Below are positions 26,835 to 36,929 of a stretch of DNA of 64,000 nt, one piece after another. The stretch lies in the IMG/VR virus record IMGVR_UViG_3300006155_000004; one strand, given 5' to 3'. Made by a program: the position numbers and the translations under genes. The DNA is from a virus. The notes under the pieces are model-generated. The model had not been told where the DNA came from. It did no database searches and saw only the letters and a program-made list of their open reading frames with translations. Each line of letters opens with the position of its first letter. Within the stretch, counting starts at the first letter, position 1.

Positions 26835-28838
26835 GTGATTGAATTATTGGAACACAACAAAGAAACCTACAAAAGATTATGTGATTTACTGGAAAATAAC
26901 AATAAATGCGCTTTAGTGCAGGCAACAGGCACAGGGAAAAGTTATATTGCAGGGAGGTACATAGAAGAACACGCAGAAACATCCTTAATACTTGTGCCAA
27001 CAAACGCAATAGCTGATGCATGGGAAGAACTGCTTGCAGGAACGGAAAAGGAAGTCAATATCATAACCTATCAAGCCTTTGCGAAAGAACCGAAGAATTA
27101 TCTTGATTATGATTTAGTGATTGCTGATGAAATGCACCACTTGGGAAGTGATGTATGGGGCAAGAAATTTGTTGAAACCTACTTGCAGAGCGAAAACCAT
27201 AAAATCATAGGATTAACCGCTACGGAAATCCGTTATCTTGATAATTCAAGGGATATGGCAGAAGAAATCTTTGAGAATATGAGGATTGACGGTTGCGACT
27301 TGTCAACAGCGATAAATACAGGCGTTCTTCCTACGTTCAAGTATGTTTCCGCATTATATTGTGATGAAAGCGATTTTGACGAATGGAAAGAAAAAGCAGA
27401 GAAGATAAAGGACATAAAAACACAAACAGAACTCAAAGGGCGGTTAGATGTCTGTATTAAAAACATGGTATCGGTAAAACAGGCGGTCAATGAAAATCTG
27501 ACTGACGATTACAAGAAAATCATTGTGTTTCTGAATAATGTGGAATCGAAAGAAACAGCACTCGAAATGTTTAAAGATGTGTTTCCGAAAGCTAATTTTT
27601 ATGACGTGGATTACAGCAAGCAACGGACAGCGAACAATGAGCAGATAAACAAGTTTAAGGAAGACGGAAACAGGGCGGTATTGTTTGCGGTGGATATGCT
27701 GAATGAGGGAATCCATATCAAAGGTACGGATTGCGTGATTATGTTCAGAAAGACGGTATCTCCGCAGGTGTATTTACAGCAGTTGGGGCGTGGACTTGCA
27801 AGCGGAACGGATAAAACGCCTGTTATATTTGATTTTGTTGGAAATGAAAATTTGAAATTAAAAGCAAAATATGAAGCAGAAGAAAGCGCTGAAATAATAA
27901 ATCGAATAGATGGGAACTTAGATAAAGAACATAAGATAATTTTTAAAACATATTTATCTGACATAGAAAATTGTATTAATTCGATATGCTCTTTGTGTTT
28001 CAATTATTTTAAAGAAGACGAAATTGCGTTTATTAAAGAAAATTATGGAAAGATAAACACAAAAGAAATTGCTAAAATTTTAGGAAGAAGCAAGGGTGTA
28101 ATACATAATCTTGCAGCAAGGCTTGGGATTGCAAAAACAATCGAAAACTGGACAGATAAAGAAATAGAAATAGTCAGAAAAGAATATGCAAGCATAGGGG
28201 CAAAAGGAATAATTGAAAAATACAAAATTTCAAGAAGTGCAGATTCAATCCGTTCAAAGGCTAACAGTCTTGGAATTACTGTTAAATCCAATGATATATG
28301 GACTGATGAGCAAATAAGGTATTTAAAGGAAAACTGTACAGATAAAACATATGATGAGATTGCGAAATATTTAGGAAGAAGCAAAAACTCTGTAATAAAC
28401 AAGTTAAGAAGAATGGAAATTGATACAAATAAACAAAATTTGAAAAAGGTTTATTCTTTTGATAAAAGAGGGAATTTCGCAAAAGAGTATAGATGCATTT
28501 CTGAATGTGCAAAGAACTTTGGAGTCGGAAATAGTTCCGTTAGGGCGGCGATAGAACACAATTACACGGTTAATGGATTTTATCTTTTCTACGAGCCGAA
28601 TTTTAAGATAAAGAGCAAGACATACTCAAAAAAGAAAGTTATGAAACTCGATAAAAATCGAAACCTTATAAAGATATTTGACTCTGTAAAAGAAGCTACG
28701 GAAGAAAGCGGACTTTCCGAATTGTGGACAAGATTAAACAATAAAGTTGACAACCATATTAAGGAAACTGAATTCGTATGGATGTATGAGGAAGATTATA
28801 AAAAGATGATTGCAGAACAGAAAGCAGGTGGAGCATGA
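26835..28838 (+). CDS. SF2 (DEAD/DEAH-like) helicase fused to repeated HTH / NUMOD-like DNA-binding modules
   Basis: VQATGTGKS, ADEMHH, LTAT, QQLGRGLA helicase motifs; C-terminal repeats WTDKEIEIV.., WTDEQIRYL.., KEIAKILGRSKGVI, ISECAKNFGVGNSSV. Confidence 0.8.
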   Translation: MIELLEHNKETYKRLCDLLENNNKCALVQATGTGKSYIAGRYIEEHAETSLILVPTNAIADAWEELLAGTEKEVNIITYQAFAKEPKNYLDYDLVIADEMHHLGSDVWGKKFVETYLQSENHKIIGLTATEIRYLDNSRDMAEEIFENMRIDGCDLSTAINTGVLPTFKYVSALYCDESDFDEWKEKAEKIKDIKTQTELKGRLDVCIKNMVSVKQAVNENLTDDYKKIIVFLNNVESKETALEMFKDVFPKANFYDVDYSKQRTANNEQINKFKEDGNRAVLFAVDMLNEGIHIKGTDCVIMFRKTVSPQVYLQQLGRGLASGTDKTPVIFDFVGNENLKLKAKYEAEESAEIINRIDGNLDKEHKIIFKTYLSDIENCINSICSLCFNYFKEDEIAFIKENYGKINTKEIAKILGRSKGVIHNLAARLGIAKTIENWTDKEIEIVRKEYASIGAKGIIEKYKISRSADSIRSKANSLGITVKSNDIWTDEQIRYLKENCTDKTYDEIAKYLGRSKNSVINKLRRMEIDTNKQNLKKVYSFDKRGNFAKEYRCISECAKNFGVGNSSVRAAIEHNYTVNGFYLFYEPNFKIKSKTYSKKKVMKLDKNRNLIKIFDSVKEATEESGLSELWTRLNNKVDNHIKETEFVWMYEEDYKKMIAEQKAGGA

Positions 28839-29428
28839 AAAGCAATTATAAAAATATCGCAAAAGTAAAGGTTATTGAAAGAAAGAATGAGCAGAAATTA
28901 CTTGCAGTCAATCCTAAGTTGGATAATGGGAGCGGGATTTACATACTTTGGAGAACAGAAGTCCATGCCTATGTAGGGCAGAGTGTAGGGTTGCTTACCA
29001 GATTAGCACAACACCTTGCAGGATATAGCCAACATATAGATTTGTCGCTAAAAAAGCACAAACTTTATTCTTCTGAAAATCCATATGGATATAGGGTTGA
29101 CTTTATCCATTGCGATAAATCGGAATTGGACGATAAAGAACGGGAATATATCCAAAAGTGTATTGATAAAGGGTGGGTATTGAAAAACAAGACTTCTGGC
29201 GGTCAAGATGACGGAAAGGAAAAGATTGCAGATTATAAACCGCCAAAGACATACAGACAGGGCATACAAGCCGGAAAGAAAACCCTTGCAAGGGAACTTT
29301 CCTCTATCATCAGTAAGCATTTGACTGTAAGGCTGAAAGATGAAAAGCAGGGAAATAAAGTATCGGAGAAGCAGCTTGAAAAATTTAATCAATTATTAGA
29401 TGAAAACACATATAAAACGGAGGAATAG
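28835..29428 (+). CDS. GIY-YIG domain nuclease
   Basis: GIYILWRTEVHAYVGQSVGLLTRLAQH. Confidence 0.75.
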   Translation: MKSNYKNIAKVKVIERKNEQKLLAVNPKLDNGSGIYILWRTEVHAYVGQSVGLLTRLAQHLAGYSQHIDLSLKKHKLYSSENPYGYRVDFIHCDKSELDDKEREYIQKCIDKGWVLKNKTSGGQDDGKEKIADYKPPKTYRQGIQAGKKTLARELSSIISKHLTVRLKDEKQGNKVSEKQLEKFNQLLDENTYKTEE

Positions 29429-29431
29429 CAG

Positions 29432-29653
29432 ATGAAATATAAAGAGTTTCGTGCATGGTGCAATCAAAGAGCGGCTGATGGGTGCTGGGGGATGCAAACT
29501 GCAATGTTTTGTGTTTGGGTTGTGGATGAGATCAGGAAAATCCCATTTTGGAAACGCGAAAAAGTTTGGAAAGAGAAATATGAGGAAGAAATAATGCGAG
29601 ATGTTGTAGGACCAATAGAAAAGAAAATCAAGGAAGTATACGAGGAAATTTAA
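29432..29653 (+). CDS. hypothetical protein
   Basis: ORF track. Confidence 0.5.
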   Translation: MKYKEFRAWCNQRAADGCWGMQTAMFCVWVVDEIRKIPFWKREKVWKEKYEEEIMRDVVGPIEKKIKEVYEEI

Positions 29654-29689
29654 TCGGATTTTGGATGAAAATAATTATGGAGGTTGAGT

Positions 29690-29848
29690 ATGGAAATGGT
29701 TCAAGACGGCGTTGAGGTTTATTGTCTGCCGGATAACGCCTATTGCAATGCAGACGAAGAAAAGAGAAGCCCGCTTGATATTGACGATTGCCCTATTGGG
29801 TGTGCAGTGTGTAGCGGAGATTGTTACCATTATAGGGAAGATGATTGA
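29690..29848 (+). CDS. small Cys-rich protein (52 aa)
   Basis: GGAGG RBS 6 nt upstream. Confidence 0.4.
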   Translation: MEMVQDGVEVYCLPDNAYCNADEEKRSPLDIDDCPIGCAVCSGDCYHYREDD

Positions 29849-29872
29849 AATTATAAGAAATGAGGTGCGGTT

Positions 29873-30328
29873 ATGAGTGCTAAGGAATATGCAAGGTTAA
29901 TGAGAGAAGAATTGTATCGGCAGAATAAAAGCGTTTTGGAAGTCACAGACGATTTATGGCTTGCCATTGCAGATAATATGGAAAAATTTGCAGAATGGGC
30001 GGTTGAGGAATATAAGGAAAGGGCGGTTGAACAGTTGGAGAAAGCAAAAAAAATTTTACCGGCATGGGTACTTTGCAATCGGCTTATTTTGACAAAGGGA
30101 TTGATAAGGCTATTGAAATTGTCAAGTCTGGCGGTGTTGCGGATGATTAGATACGAAAATCAATGTATAGATTGCGGTTTTCCATGCAGATATGAGGCTT
30201 GCAGGTATTACAAGGTTGCAATCCCTGTCTGCGGCGAATGTGGGGAAGATGTGGACAAGTTATATCGTTTGGACGGGGAAGAATTATGCGAAACCTGCGT
30301 GTTGAGGAGATTGGAGGTTGTGGAGTGA
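29873..30328 (+). CDS. hypothetical protein with C-terminal Cys clusters
   Basis: ORF track. Confidence 0.55.
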   Translation: MSAKEYARLMREELYRQNKSVLEVTDDLWLAIADNMEKFAEWAVEEYKERAVEQLEKAKKILPAWVLCNRLILTKGLIRLLKLSSLAVLRMIRYENQCIDCGFPCRYEACRYYKVAIPVCGECGEDVDKLYRLDGEELCETCVLRRLEVVE

Positions 30329-30576
30329 TATTTGTATCAAAGAAAAAGAAAATTAAACTCGGAAAGTTGATAGCGGCTACAAAACAAATAGCAGTACATT
30401 CTATCGGCGAAACAGACAAGAAAACGCAGATTGAGAATATGAGCAAAATTGTTGAAAACCTTGCAAGCATAGCTTTTGAAATAGGCGGAGAACGATTCGC
30501 AATGATTGATGTTGTTGCCTCCGAATACACCTTGCAGGAAGCACTTAAAAAGAGAATTGAGGGCAAAAATGGATAA
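30325..30576 (+). CDS. hypothetical protein (GTG start overlapping the upstream stop)
   Basis: Frame of ORF 30199..30576; start inferred. Confidence 0.35.
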   Translation: MIFVSKKKKIKLGKLIAATKQIAVHSIGETDKKTQIENMSKIVENLASIAFEIGGERFAMIDVVASEYTLQEALKKRIEGKNG

Positions 30577-30922
30577 GAGAAAATACACAATATACTGTGT
30601 GGATTTTGATGGAACTTTATGCGAAAGCATATATCCTGGCATAGGCAATCCGAACATGGAACTGATAAACCATCTAATCAAACGCCGGAAACAGGGAAAT
30701 AAAGTCATTCTGTGGACTTGCAGAGTTGGTGACAGGCTGAATGAAGCAGTTGAGTGGTGTAGGCAGTACGGTCTTGAATTTGACGCTGTGAATGAGAATC
30801 TGCCGGAAATGATTGAATGGTTTGGTACAGATTCCAGAAAAATTCATGCAGATATATTTATTGACGATAAGGCGGTAAACAAGCCAAAATATCATGTTCC
30901 TTATAAGGAGGTGGCGGAATGA
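30569..30922 (+). CDS. HAD-superfamily phosphatase-like protein
   Basis: YCVDFDGTL motif I and FIDD motif; internal ATG chosen. Confidence 0.6.
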   Translation: MDKRKYTIYCVDFDGTLCESIYPGIGNPNMELINHLIKRRKQGNKVILWTCRVGDRLNEAVEWCRQYGLEFDAVNENLPEMIEWFGTDSRKIHADIFIDDKAVNKPKYHVPYKEVAE

Positions 30923-31416
30923 CAGAGAATGAAGCAAGAGAATTTTTGGGAAGATTTTCTTTGGATAGAATCGGGTATGCTAGTGGGAAAGAAGTTGATA
31001 CAGATCGTTTTAATTATTTTACAGAAGCGTTAATGACAGCCATGCAAGCATTAACTGAAATCCAGCAGTACCGAGCAATCGGCACAGTCGAGGAATGCCG
31101 GGAGGCAAGGGAAAGGCAGATGGGGAAGAAACCAAATCATTTCTACAAAAAATATGGAAAACATCAGTGGAGACGAAAAGATAGCGGAGAAATTGATGAA
31201 GATGCGTGGGATTCTGATGCTCATAGTGGGGTTGTTTGTGAAGTTTGTGGAGAATGTGTCTGTACAATGTGCAATCCAGACTATGATGAATTAGATGATT
31301 GCGAGGAAGAATACTGGATTTGCCCTAATTGCGGAAAAAAGATATATTGCAAAGACGAGTACTGTAAATGCGGTCAGCACCTTGATTGGAGTGATACCCA
31401 ACGGCCTACCAAATAG
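30919..31416 (+). CDS. hypothetical protein with zinc-ribbon motifs
   Basis: CEVCGECVC, CPNCG. Confidence 0.55.
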   Translation: MTENEAREFLGRFSLDRIGYASGKEVDTDRFNYFTEALMTAMQALTEIQQYRAIGTVEECREARERQMGKKPNHFYKKYGKHQWRRKDSGEIDEDAWDSDAHSGVVCEVCGECVCTMCNPDYDELDDCEEEYWICPNCGKKIYCKDEYCKCGQHLDWSDTQRPTK

Positions 31417-31602
31417 CAGACCAAAGACACCCGTTCATGGGACTTGACAATAAAATCTGTAAAAATCCTACATATTGGTGTAGACTGCATCAGGTTTGGC
31501 TGTCGGAGGAAGATGTTAAAAGGAAGAAATGCAGATGTAAAGATGATTTTGATTTGATTGGTACGTATAGGTGCGGAAATTTGGATAGGAGGGATTGAGG
31601 GA

Positions 31603-31890
31603 ATGAATATATCATCTCACGCTAAACAGCGATTAAAAGAAAGATGCGGATTCACTAAGAAATCCTATGAGCGCATGGCAGAAAAAGCATTTAACGAGGG
31701 AACAACGCACAAGCAGACAAGGGGCAGATTGAATAAATGGATTACAAGCCTATTCTTTAGGAATTGTAACGCTAACAACATACGGATTTATGGCGATAAT
31801 GCGTACATATTCTGCGGGGAAACACTTGTGACCGTTATTTCTATTCCCTCAAACATAAAGAGGGATATGGACAAAATGATTGAGAAATAG
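31603..31890 (+). CDS. hypothetical protein
   Basis: ORF-track frame; ATG after an RBS. Confidence 0.5.
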   Translation: MNISSHAKQRLKERCGFTKKSYERMAEKAFNEGTTHKQTRGRLNKWITSLFFRNCNANNIRIYGDNAYIFCGETLVTVISIPSNIKRDMDKMIEK

Positions 31891-31902
31891 GAGGATTTTG
31901 AA

Positions 31903-32367
31903 ATGAGTATGTTATCGGAACAAGTAAACCAACTAAAAGAAGAAGCTAAATATTTGGAAAAAGACCAAGAAAAGAGATTGGCAAGCATATTACGCCAAGC
32001 CGCCGACACCATAGAAACCTTATCCGCAAAGCCGGCGGAGGCAAATGTGGAGCGGCCGGATAGGTGTTATGCAGGCGGAAGAAAACTTGAAGCGGGAGAT
32101 ATTGTTCAGCATTTTAAGAGGGAAACGGCAAAAGATAAAGAACACAGCATGGAGTATCTGTACATAATCGAAGCGATAGCCACACATACGGAAACAAGAG
32201 AAAAATTAGTTGTTTATCGTGCGCTTTATAAAAACGATGAAAACGGTGTGCATTTTAATGTTTTCGCAAGACCTTATGACATGTTTATGTCAGAGGTGGA
32301 CCATGAAAAATATCCTGATATTAAGCAAAAATACCGCTTTGAATTGTTTGAGCATGATAGGAGTTGA
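31903..32367 (+). CDS. DUF1653-like protein
   Basis: VQHFKRE..LYIIEAIATHTETREKLVVYRALY..FARPYDMF pattern. Confidence 0.6.
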   Translation: MSMLSEQVNQLKEEAKYLEKDQEKRLASILRQAADTIETLSAKPAEANVERPDRCYAGGRKLEAGDIVQHFKRETAKDKEHSMEYLYIIEAIATHTETREKLVVYRALYKNDENGVHFNVFARPYDMFMSEVDHEKYPDIKQKYRFELFEHDRS

Positions 32368-32400
32368 TTACATTGCAGGAATTTGTAACTATCAAGGCAG

Positions 32401-33261
32401 GTGGATAAATTGAATGGAAATTTCATAAAGATTGACCGAAAAATGCTCGAATGGGAGTGGTACAAAAACGAGCATACCAAGAATGTGTTTTTACATTGCC
32501 TGCTAAAAGCACACTGGAAAGACACAAAGATTGAGGGGAAAACAATTCCGAGAGGTTCTTTTGTTTCTTCTATAGGAAATATAGCGGAAGAACTTTCGTT
32601 GACGCCTATGGAAGTGAGGACAGCATTGAAACATCTAAAATCAACAAACGAATTAACAAGCAAAGGAACGAACAGAAATACAGTATTTACGGTAACAAAC
32701 TATGATTTGTACCAATCAAAAGAACAAGCAGAGCAACAAACAGATAACAAACGAACAACAAACGAACAACAAACGGATAACGAGCAAATAACAAGCAAAG
32801 AACAAACCATTAACAAACCATTAACAACAAATGAAGAATATAAAGAAGATAAGAATATAAAGAACGAAGAAGAAAGAGAAGAATGTAAAGAATGCAAGAA
32901 AGAGATAGAGGACAAGCCGAAGAAAAAAGAGCCGACTGTTTATTATCCAAATGACAAGCTACTAAACAGCGCCTTTAAAGAATTTTTGGTTATGAGGAAC
33001 AAAATCAAGAAACCGATAGCCACCAAGCAGGCATTGACAAGAATGATGAACAAGATTGAGAAGTTGTCGGGCGGCGATAATGATTTGGCGATAAAGATAC
33101 TCAACCAATCTACAGACCATTGCTGGCAGGATGTGTATGAGTTGAAAGAGGATAAGAAGAATTATCGTTCTTCAAATACAAATTTTCAGAATCAGTCTAA
33201 GCAGGCGAAATTTGAGCGATTAATGAACCAAATAAAGGAGGATGAGGCGAGTGACAGTTAA
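32401..33261 (+). CDS. replication initiator / replisome organiser (wHTH N-terminus, low-complexity QQTDN linker, DnaD-like C-terminus)
   Basis: FIKIDRKMLEWEWYKNEHTKNVFLHCLL..SFVSSIGNIAEELSLTPMEVRTALKHL. Confidence 0.65.
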   Translation: MDKLNGNFIKIDRKMLEWEWYKNEHTKNVFLHCLLKAHWKDTKIEGKTIPRGSFVSSIGNIAEELSLTPMEVRTALKHLKSTNELTSKGTNRNTVFTVTNYDLYQSKEQAEQQTDNKRTTNEQQTDNEQITSKEQTINKPLTTNEEYKEDKNIKNEEEREECKECKKEIEDKPKKKEPTVYYPNDKLLNSAFKEFLVMRNKIKKPIATKQALTRMMNKIEKLSGGDNDLAIKILNQSTDHCWQDVYELKEDKKNYRSSNTNFQNQSKQAKFERLMNQIKEDEASDS

Positions 33262-33928
33262 AGAAGCGAGAAAGTTTGTTGCGGTGCTTATGGTTACATA
33301 TCCGAACTATAACCCGATAGATGAAGAATTAGCTGCCGAAACATGGGCTGGTGTTACGGAGGAATACACCTATGAACAAGTGGATATTGCATTAAGAAGC
33401 TATATGAAAACGAATACAAGCGGTTTTGCTCCCGTTCCCAGTCAAATCATAGAGAAGATACATACCATGACCGCACCACAGGAATTAAACGAAATGGAGG
33501 CATGGTCGTTTGTCAGCAAGGCAATACGGGACAGTGGATATAACAGCGTGGACGAATTTGCAAAATTACCGCCGCTTGTGCAAAAGGCAGTCGGACTTCC
33601 GAGCCAGTTAAGAACATGGGCGTTAGATGAAAATTACAATGAGCAAGTGGCAATGTCTAGCTTTCAAAGAGCGTATAAGGCAGAATTAAAACACCATGAG
33701 GAACTTCAAAAAATGCCACAGAATATAAGACAGCTTATTGAAAATGCAAATGTCGGCTCATATTCGGCTCAAATAGCCGAGAAAAGACAGCAAGCCATAG
33801 AAAGTGCCAGTGAGAGGAAACAATGCGAAATCAAGGCGTTAGAGATGAAGCATGAGGGCGTACCAATGCCAGAGAAGTATAAGGAAAGATTGGAGGATAT
33901 GAGGAATGAACAGATTAACAACAAATAA
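33242..33928 (+). CDS. helicase loader/inhibitor-like protein (G39P family)
   Basis: MVTYPNYNPIDEELAAETWAG..FAPVPSQIIEKI. Confidence 0.6.
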   Translation: MRRVTVKEARKFVAVLMVTYPNYNPIDEELAAETWAGVTEEYTYEQVDIALRSYMKTNTSGFAPVPSQIIEKIHTMTAPQELNEMEAWSFVSKAIRDSGYNSVDEFAKLPPLVQKAVGLPSQLRTWALDENYNEQVAMSSFQRAYKAELKHHEELQKMPQNIRQLIENANVGSYSAQIAEKRQQAIESASERKQCEIKALEMKHEGVPMPEKYKERLEDMRNEQINNK

Positions 33929-34484
33929 AGAAGTATCAGAAATGAATATATATGAGTTGGCACACAATTCATGCTATGCAAAGGACGGAAAGGCAAGATA
34001 TAGAGATTTTGAGGATGATTTTGACGCAAGGCAACTGGCAATAAAACTTTTGGAAAAGTATGCGGACATTCCGAATGAGTTTACTGGTGATGAAGATTTT
34101 GATGATTTTATGATGGATTCCTTGCAGTATGGAACAGGAGATATACTTGGATTGATTGCGGTGTTTTATCGGAATCTGTGGGCGATGGCTGATTTAAGGG
34201 AAACATTAAAGCGTTTTGAGGATTTGAAAGAACAAGGGACAATGATTGAACTTCCTTGCAAGGTTGGAGATACATTTTGGACTTTTACGGAGGAATCGAG
34301 AGGTGTATATGACGGAGATGTGGTAGATATCCAAGTTGAAAAAATAGAAATCCGATTTAATGACGGAAAACCATACTTTTATATTGACAACATGGAATTT
34401 GATATTGACTGTTTTGGAAAAACAATTTTTCGCACTAGAGAAGAAGCAGAGAAAAAGATAAAGGAGATTATGAGTAATGGATAA
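33906..34484 (+). CDS. hypothetical protein with the LP.KVGD../GKTIF.TREEAE module
   Basis: MIELPCKVGDTFWTF...FGKTIFRTREEAEKKI. Confidence 0.55.
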   Translation: MNRLTTNKEVSEMNIYELAHNSCYAKDGKARYRDFEDDFDARQLAIKLLEKYADIPNEFTGDEDFDDFMMDSLQYGTGDILGLIAVFYRNLWAMADLRETLKRFEDLKEQGTMIELPCKVGDTFWTFTEESRGVYDGDVVDIQVEKIEIRFNDGKPYFYIDNMEFDIDCFGKTIFRTREEAEKKIKEIMSNG

Positions 34485-34887
34485 AATCACAGTCTACACC
34501 GACGGCTCAGTCCTAAACAATGGTTCTTCTGACAGCGGTTGCGGTTGGGCTTGCAAGCTGATTTACCGAGGGCATGAGAAAATGAAGTCAGGAGGCGATA
34601 AGGGCAAGACAAACAATGTTATGGAGATGACAGCAGTTCTGCAAGCCATGAAATCCATAACGGACAAGTCTATTCCAGCGGAAGTGTTTTCGGACAGTAA
34701 GTATGTGGTGGAAACACTGAATGGGAATTATCAGATTAAGAAGAACGTGAAGTTGTGGCAGGAACTTATGGCGGAGAAAGAGAAGTTTGCAGATATTCGG
34801 TTTATTTGGGTTAAGGGGCATGATAAGAATGTTCATAACAATGATGTTGACAGGCGGGCGGTAGCAGAAGCCAAGAAAGCGAGGTAA
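34477..34887 (+). CDS. rnhA: ribonuclease HI
   Basis: YTDGS, NNVMEMTA, FSDSKY, GHDKNVHNNDVD. Confidence 0.85.
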   Translation: MDKITVYTDGSVLNNGSSDSGCGWACKLIYRGHEKMKSGGDKGKTNNVMEMTAVLQAMKSITDKSIPAEVFSDSKYVVETLNGNYQIKKNVKLWQELMAEKEKFADIRFIWVKGHDKNVHNNDVDRRAVAEAKKAR

Positions 34888-34891
34888 GTAA

Positions 34892-36859
34892 ATGGATTAT
34901 CAGCAATTAGATATATTCGACATGACAAGACAGACATTTCAGATAGACAAGCCTATCCGATTGATTGAACTCTTTGCAGGTGTCGGCAGTCAGGCAATGG
35001 CATTGCGGGATTTGGGAGCGGATTTTGAGCATTACAGAGTGGTTGAGTTTGATAAGTTTGCAGTCGCAAGCTACAATACCATTCACGGTACAAACTTTGA
35101 AACAACGGATATTCGGAATATAAGTGGTGTGGATTTAGGGATTTGCGACACAGGCAAATTCTGCTACATAACGACATATTCATTCCCTTGTTTCGTTGGA
35201 AACACGTTTGTTTTGACTAGAGATGGTTTAAAACAAATTGATGGTATAATTCCTGGCGATTATGTCCTTACTCATTCTAATGAGTATAAAAAGGTTTTGA
35301 AAAGCGGATATACTGGAACGAAAAACATATTTTCCGTGAAAGGTATGTGTATTGATGAAATAAAATGCACAAATAATCACAAATTTTATGCAAGGAAAAT
35401 GATTGGACACTATCCGAGGAATAAAAACGGAAAAAGATTCAGAACAAGAGAATTTTTAAGACCTGAATGGATTGAATGCGAAAGCCTAACAAAAGATTAT
35501 TACTTAGGTGTTGCAACCAACCAAAATAGCGTAATTCCAACTTGGGATGGAACTGATTTTAAATGGTCTGATGGAAGAAAATCAAGGCATAAGAATCAAC
35601 TATCAAAACTCATGGGGAATCATAGTTTTTGGTGGATAATCGGCAGATATTTAGGAGATGGGTGGATTAGAACGCAAGGTGGAGTAATTATATGTTGCTC
35701 AAAAAACGAAACGCATGAAATTCTTCCGCATTTAAGAAATTGCGTTTTTTCCTATTCCATATCAGCGGAAAGAACGGTAAATAAGATACACATAGCAATA
35801 AAGGAATTGCAATGTTTTTGTGAACGATTTGGAAGAGGAGCAAAAGGAAAACGCCTTCCGGGATTTGTTTTTGATATGCCTTGCGAGTTGTTGAAGAGTT
35901 TGATTGATGGCTATGTAAGTTCTGATGGATGTTACACACAAGGGCTGTATAAAATTAGTAGTATTAGCAAGGAACTTGTCTACGGATTTGCTCAATTGGT
36001 TGCAAAAGCATATAAAGTACCATACAGAATATATAAGACAGAAAGACCTAAAAAGTGCAAGATAGAGGGAAGAACAGTAAATCAAAACGACACATATCAG
36101 TTGGTTTGGAAGTTGCAGAAGAAAAAACAAGACAAGGCTTTTTATGAAAAAGGTTATGTATGGTTTCCGATTAAGAGCGTGGAAAATACAAATTCAAAAG
36201 AGAAAGTATACGACATAACGGTTGAAGACTCTCATAGTTTTACTGCAAACGGAGCAATTGTTCACAACTGTCAGGATTTATCAGTCGCCGGAAAGCAAAA
36301 AGGCATGACCAAAGGAAGTGGTACAAGGTCGGGTTTGCTATGGGAAGTAGAACGGTTGCTGAATGAATGCATCGAACTCCCACAAGTCCTGCTGATGGAG
36401 AATGTTCCTGCCGTACATTCACAAGCCAATATACCAGACTTCCAGAAGTGGATTGATTTTCTTGAAAGCAAAGGGTATTCAAACTACTGGAAGGATCTGA
36501 ACGCTAAAGATTATGGTGTGGCGCAAAATCGCGATAGATGCTTTATGGTGAGCTTTTTGGGCGAATGGAATTACAAATTTCCACAGCCGATACCGCTTGA
36601 AAGAAAGTTAAAGGACTATTTAGAAGATGAGGTTGACGAGAAGTATTACATCAATAATGAAAAGTCGCAGAAATTGATACAGACACTTATTGAGAATGGA
36701 ACATTGCAAGGCTGTATTGGGAATATAAATCCAAGCGGAAACGGAATGAACGGAAATGTATATGCGGGAGATTTAAGTCCAACAATTACCACGAATAAAG
36801 GCGATGGCGCAAAGATTTTTGTTGACCTATCCCTAAAAAATCCAAACAAAAAACGATAA
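34892..36859 (+). CDS. DNA (cytosine-5)-methyltransferase, N-terminal/catalytic part (motifs I-VIII), interrupted by an intein
   Basis: ELFAGVGS (I), FP-[intein]-CQDLS (IV), LMENVPAV (VI), QNRDRCF (VIII); ends at a stop right after an A6 run. Confidence 0.85.
   Translation: MDYQQLDIFDMTRQTFQIDKPIRLIELFAGVGSQAMALRDLGADFEHYRVVEFDKFAVASYNTIHGTNFETTDIRNISGVDLGICDTGKFCYITTYSFPCFVGNTFVLTRDGLKQIDGIIPGDYVLTHSNEYKKVLKSGYTGTKNIFSVKGMCIDEIKCTNNHKFYARKMIGHYPRNKNGKRFRTREFLRPEWIECESLTKDYYLGVATNQNSVIPTWDGTDFKWSDGRKSRHKNQLSKLMGNHSFWWIIGRYLGDGWIRTQGGVIICCSKNETHEILPHLRNCVFSYSISAERTVNKIHIAIKELQCFCERFGRGAKGKRLPGFVFDMPCELLKSLIDGYVSSDGCYTQGLYKISSISKELVYGFAQLVAKAYKVPYRIYKTERPKKCKIEGRTVNQNDTYQLVWKLQKKKQDKAFYEKGYVWFPIKSVENTNSKEKVYDITVEDSHSFTANGAIVHNCQDLSVAGKQKGMTKGSGTRSGLLWEVERLLNECIELPQVLLMENVPAVHSQANIPDFQKWIDFLESKGYSNYWKDLNAKDYGVAQNRDRCFMVSFLGEWNYKFPQPIPLERKLKDYLEDEVDEKYYINNEKSQKLIQTLIENGTLQGCIGNINPSGNGMNGNVYAGDLSPTITTNKGDGAKIFVDLSLKNPNKKR
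35189..36268 (+). mobile_element. intein with LAGLIDADG homing-endonuclease domain (360 codons) inserted at the PCQ catalytic cysteine
   Basis: Starts CFVGNTFVLT, has TNNH, WWIIGRYLGDGW, LIDGYVSSDGC, VYDITVEDSHSF, and ends AIVHN followed by C; 1080 nt, in frame. Confidence 0.8.
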
Positions 36860-36929
36860 GCAGCTGTATCACAGCAAGGGAAGATAGGGGAATATCAAAC
36901 CAACAGTCAGTAGGAAAAGGAGTGGTGGA

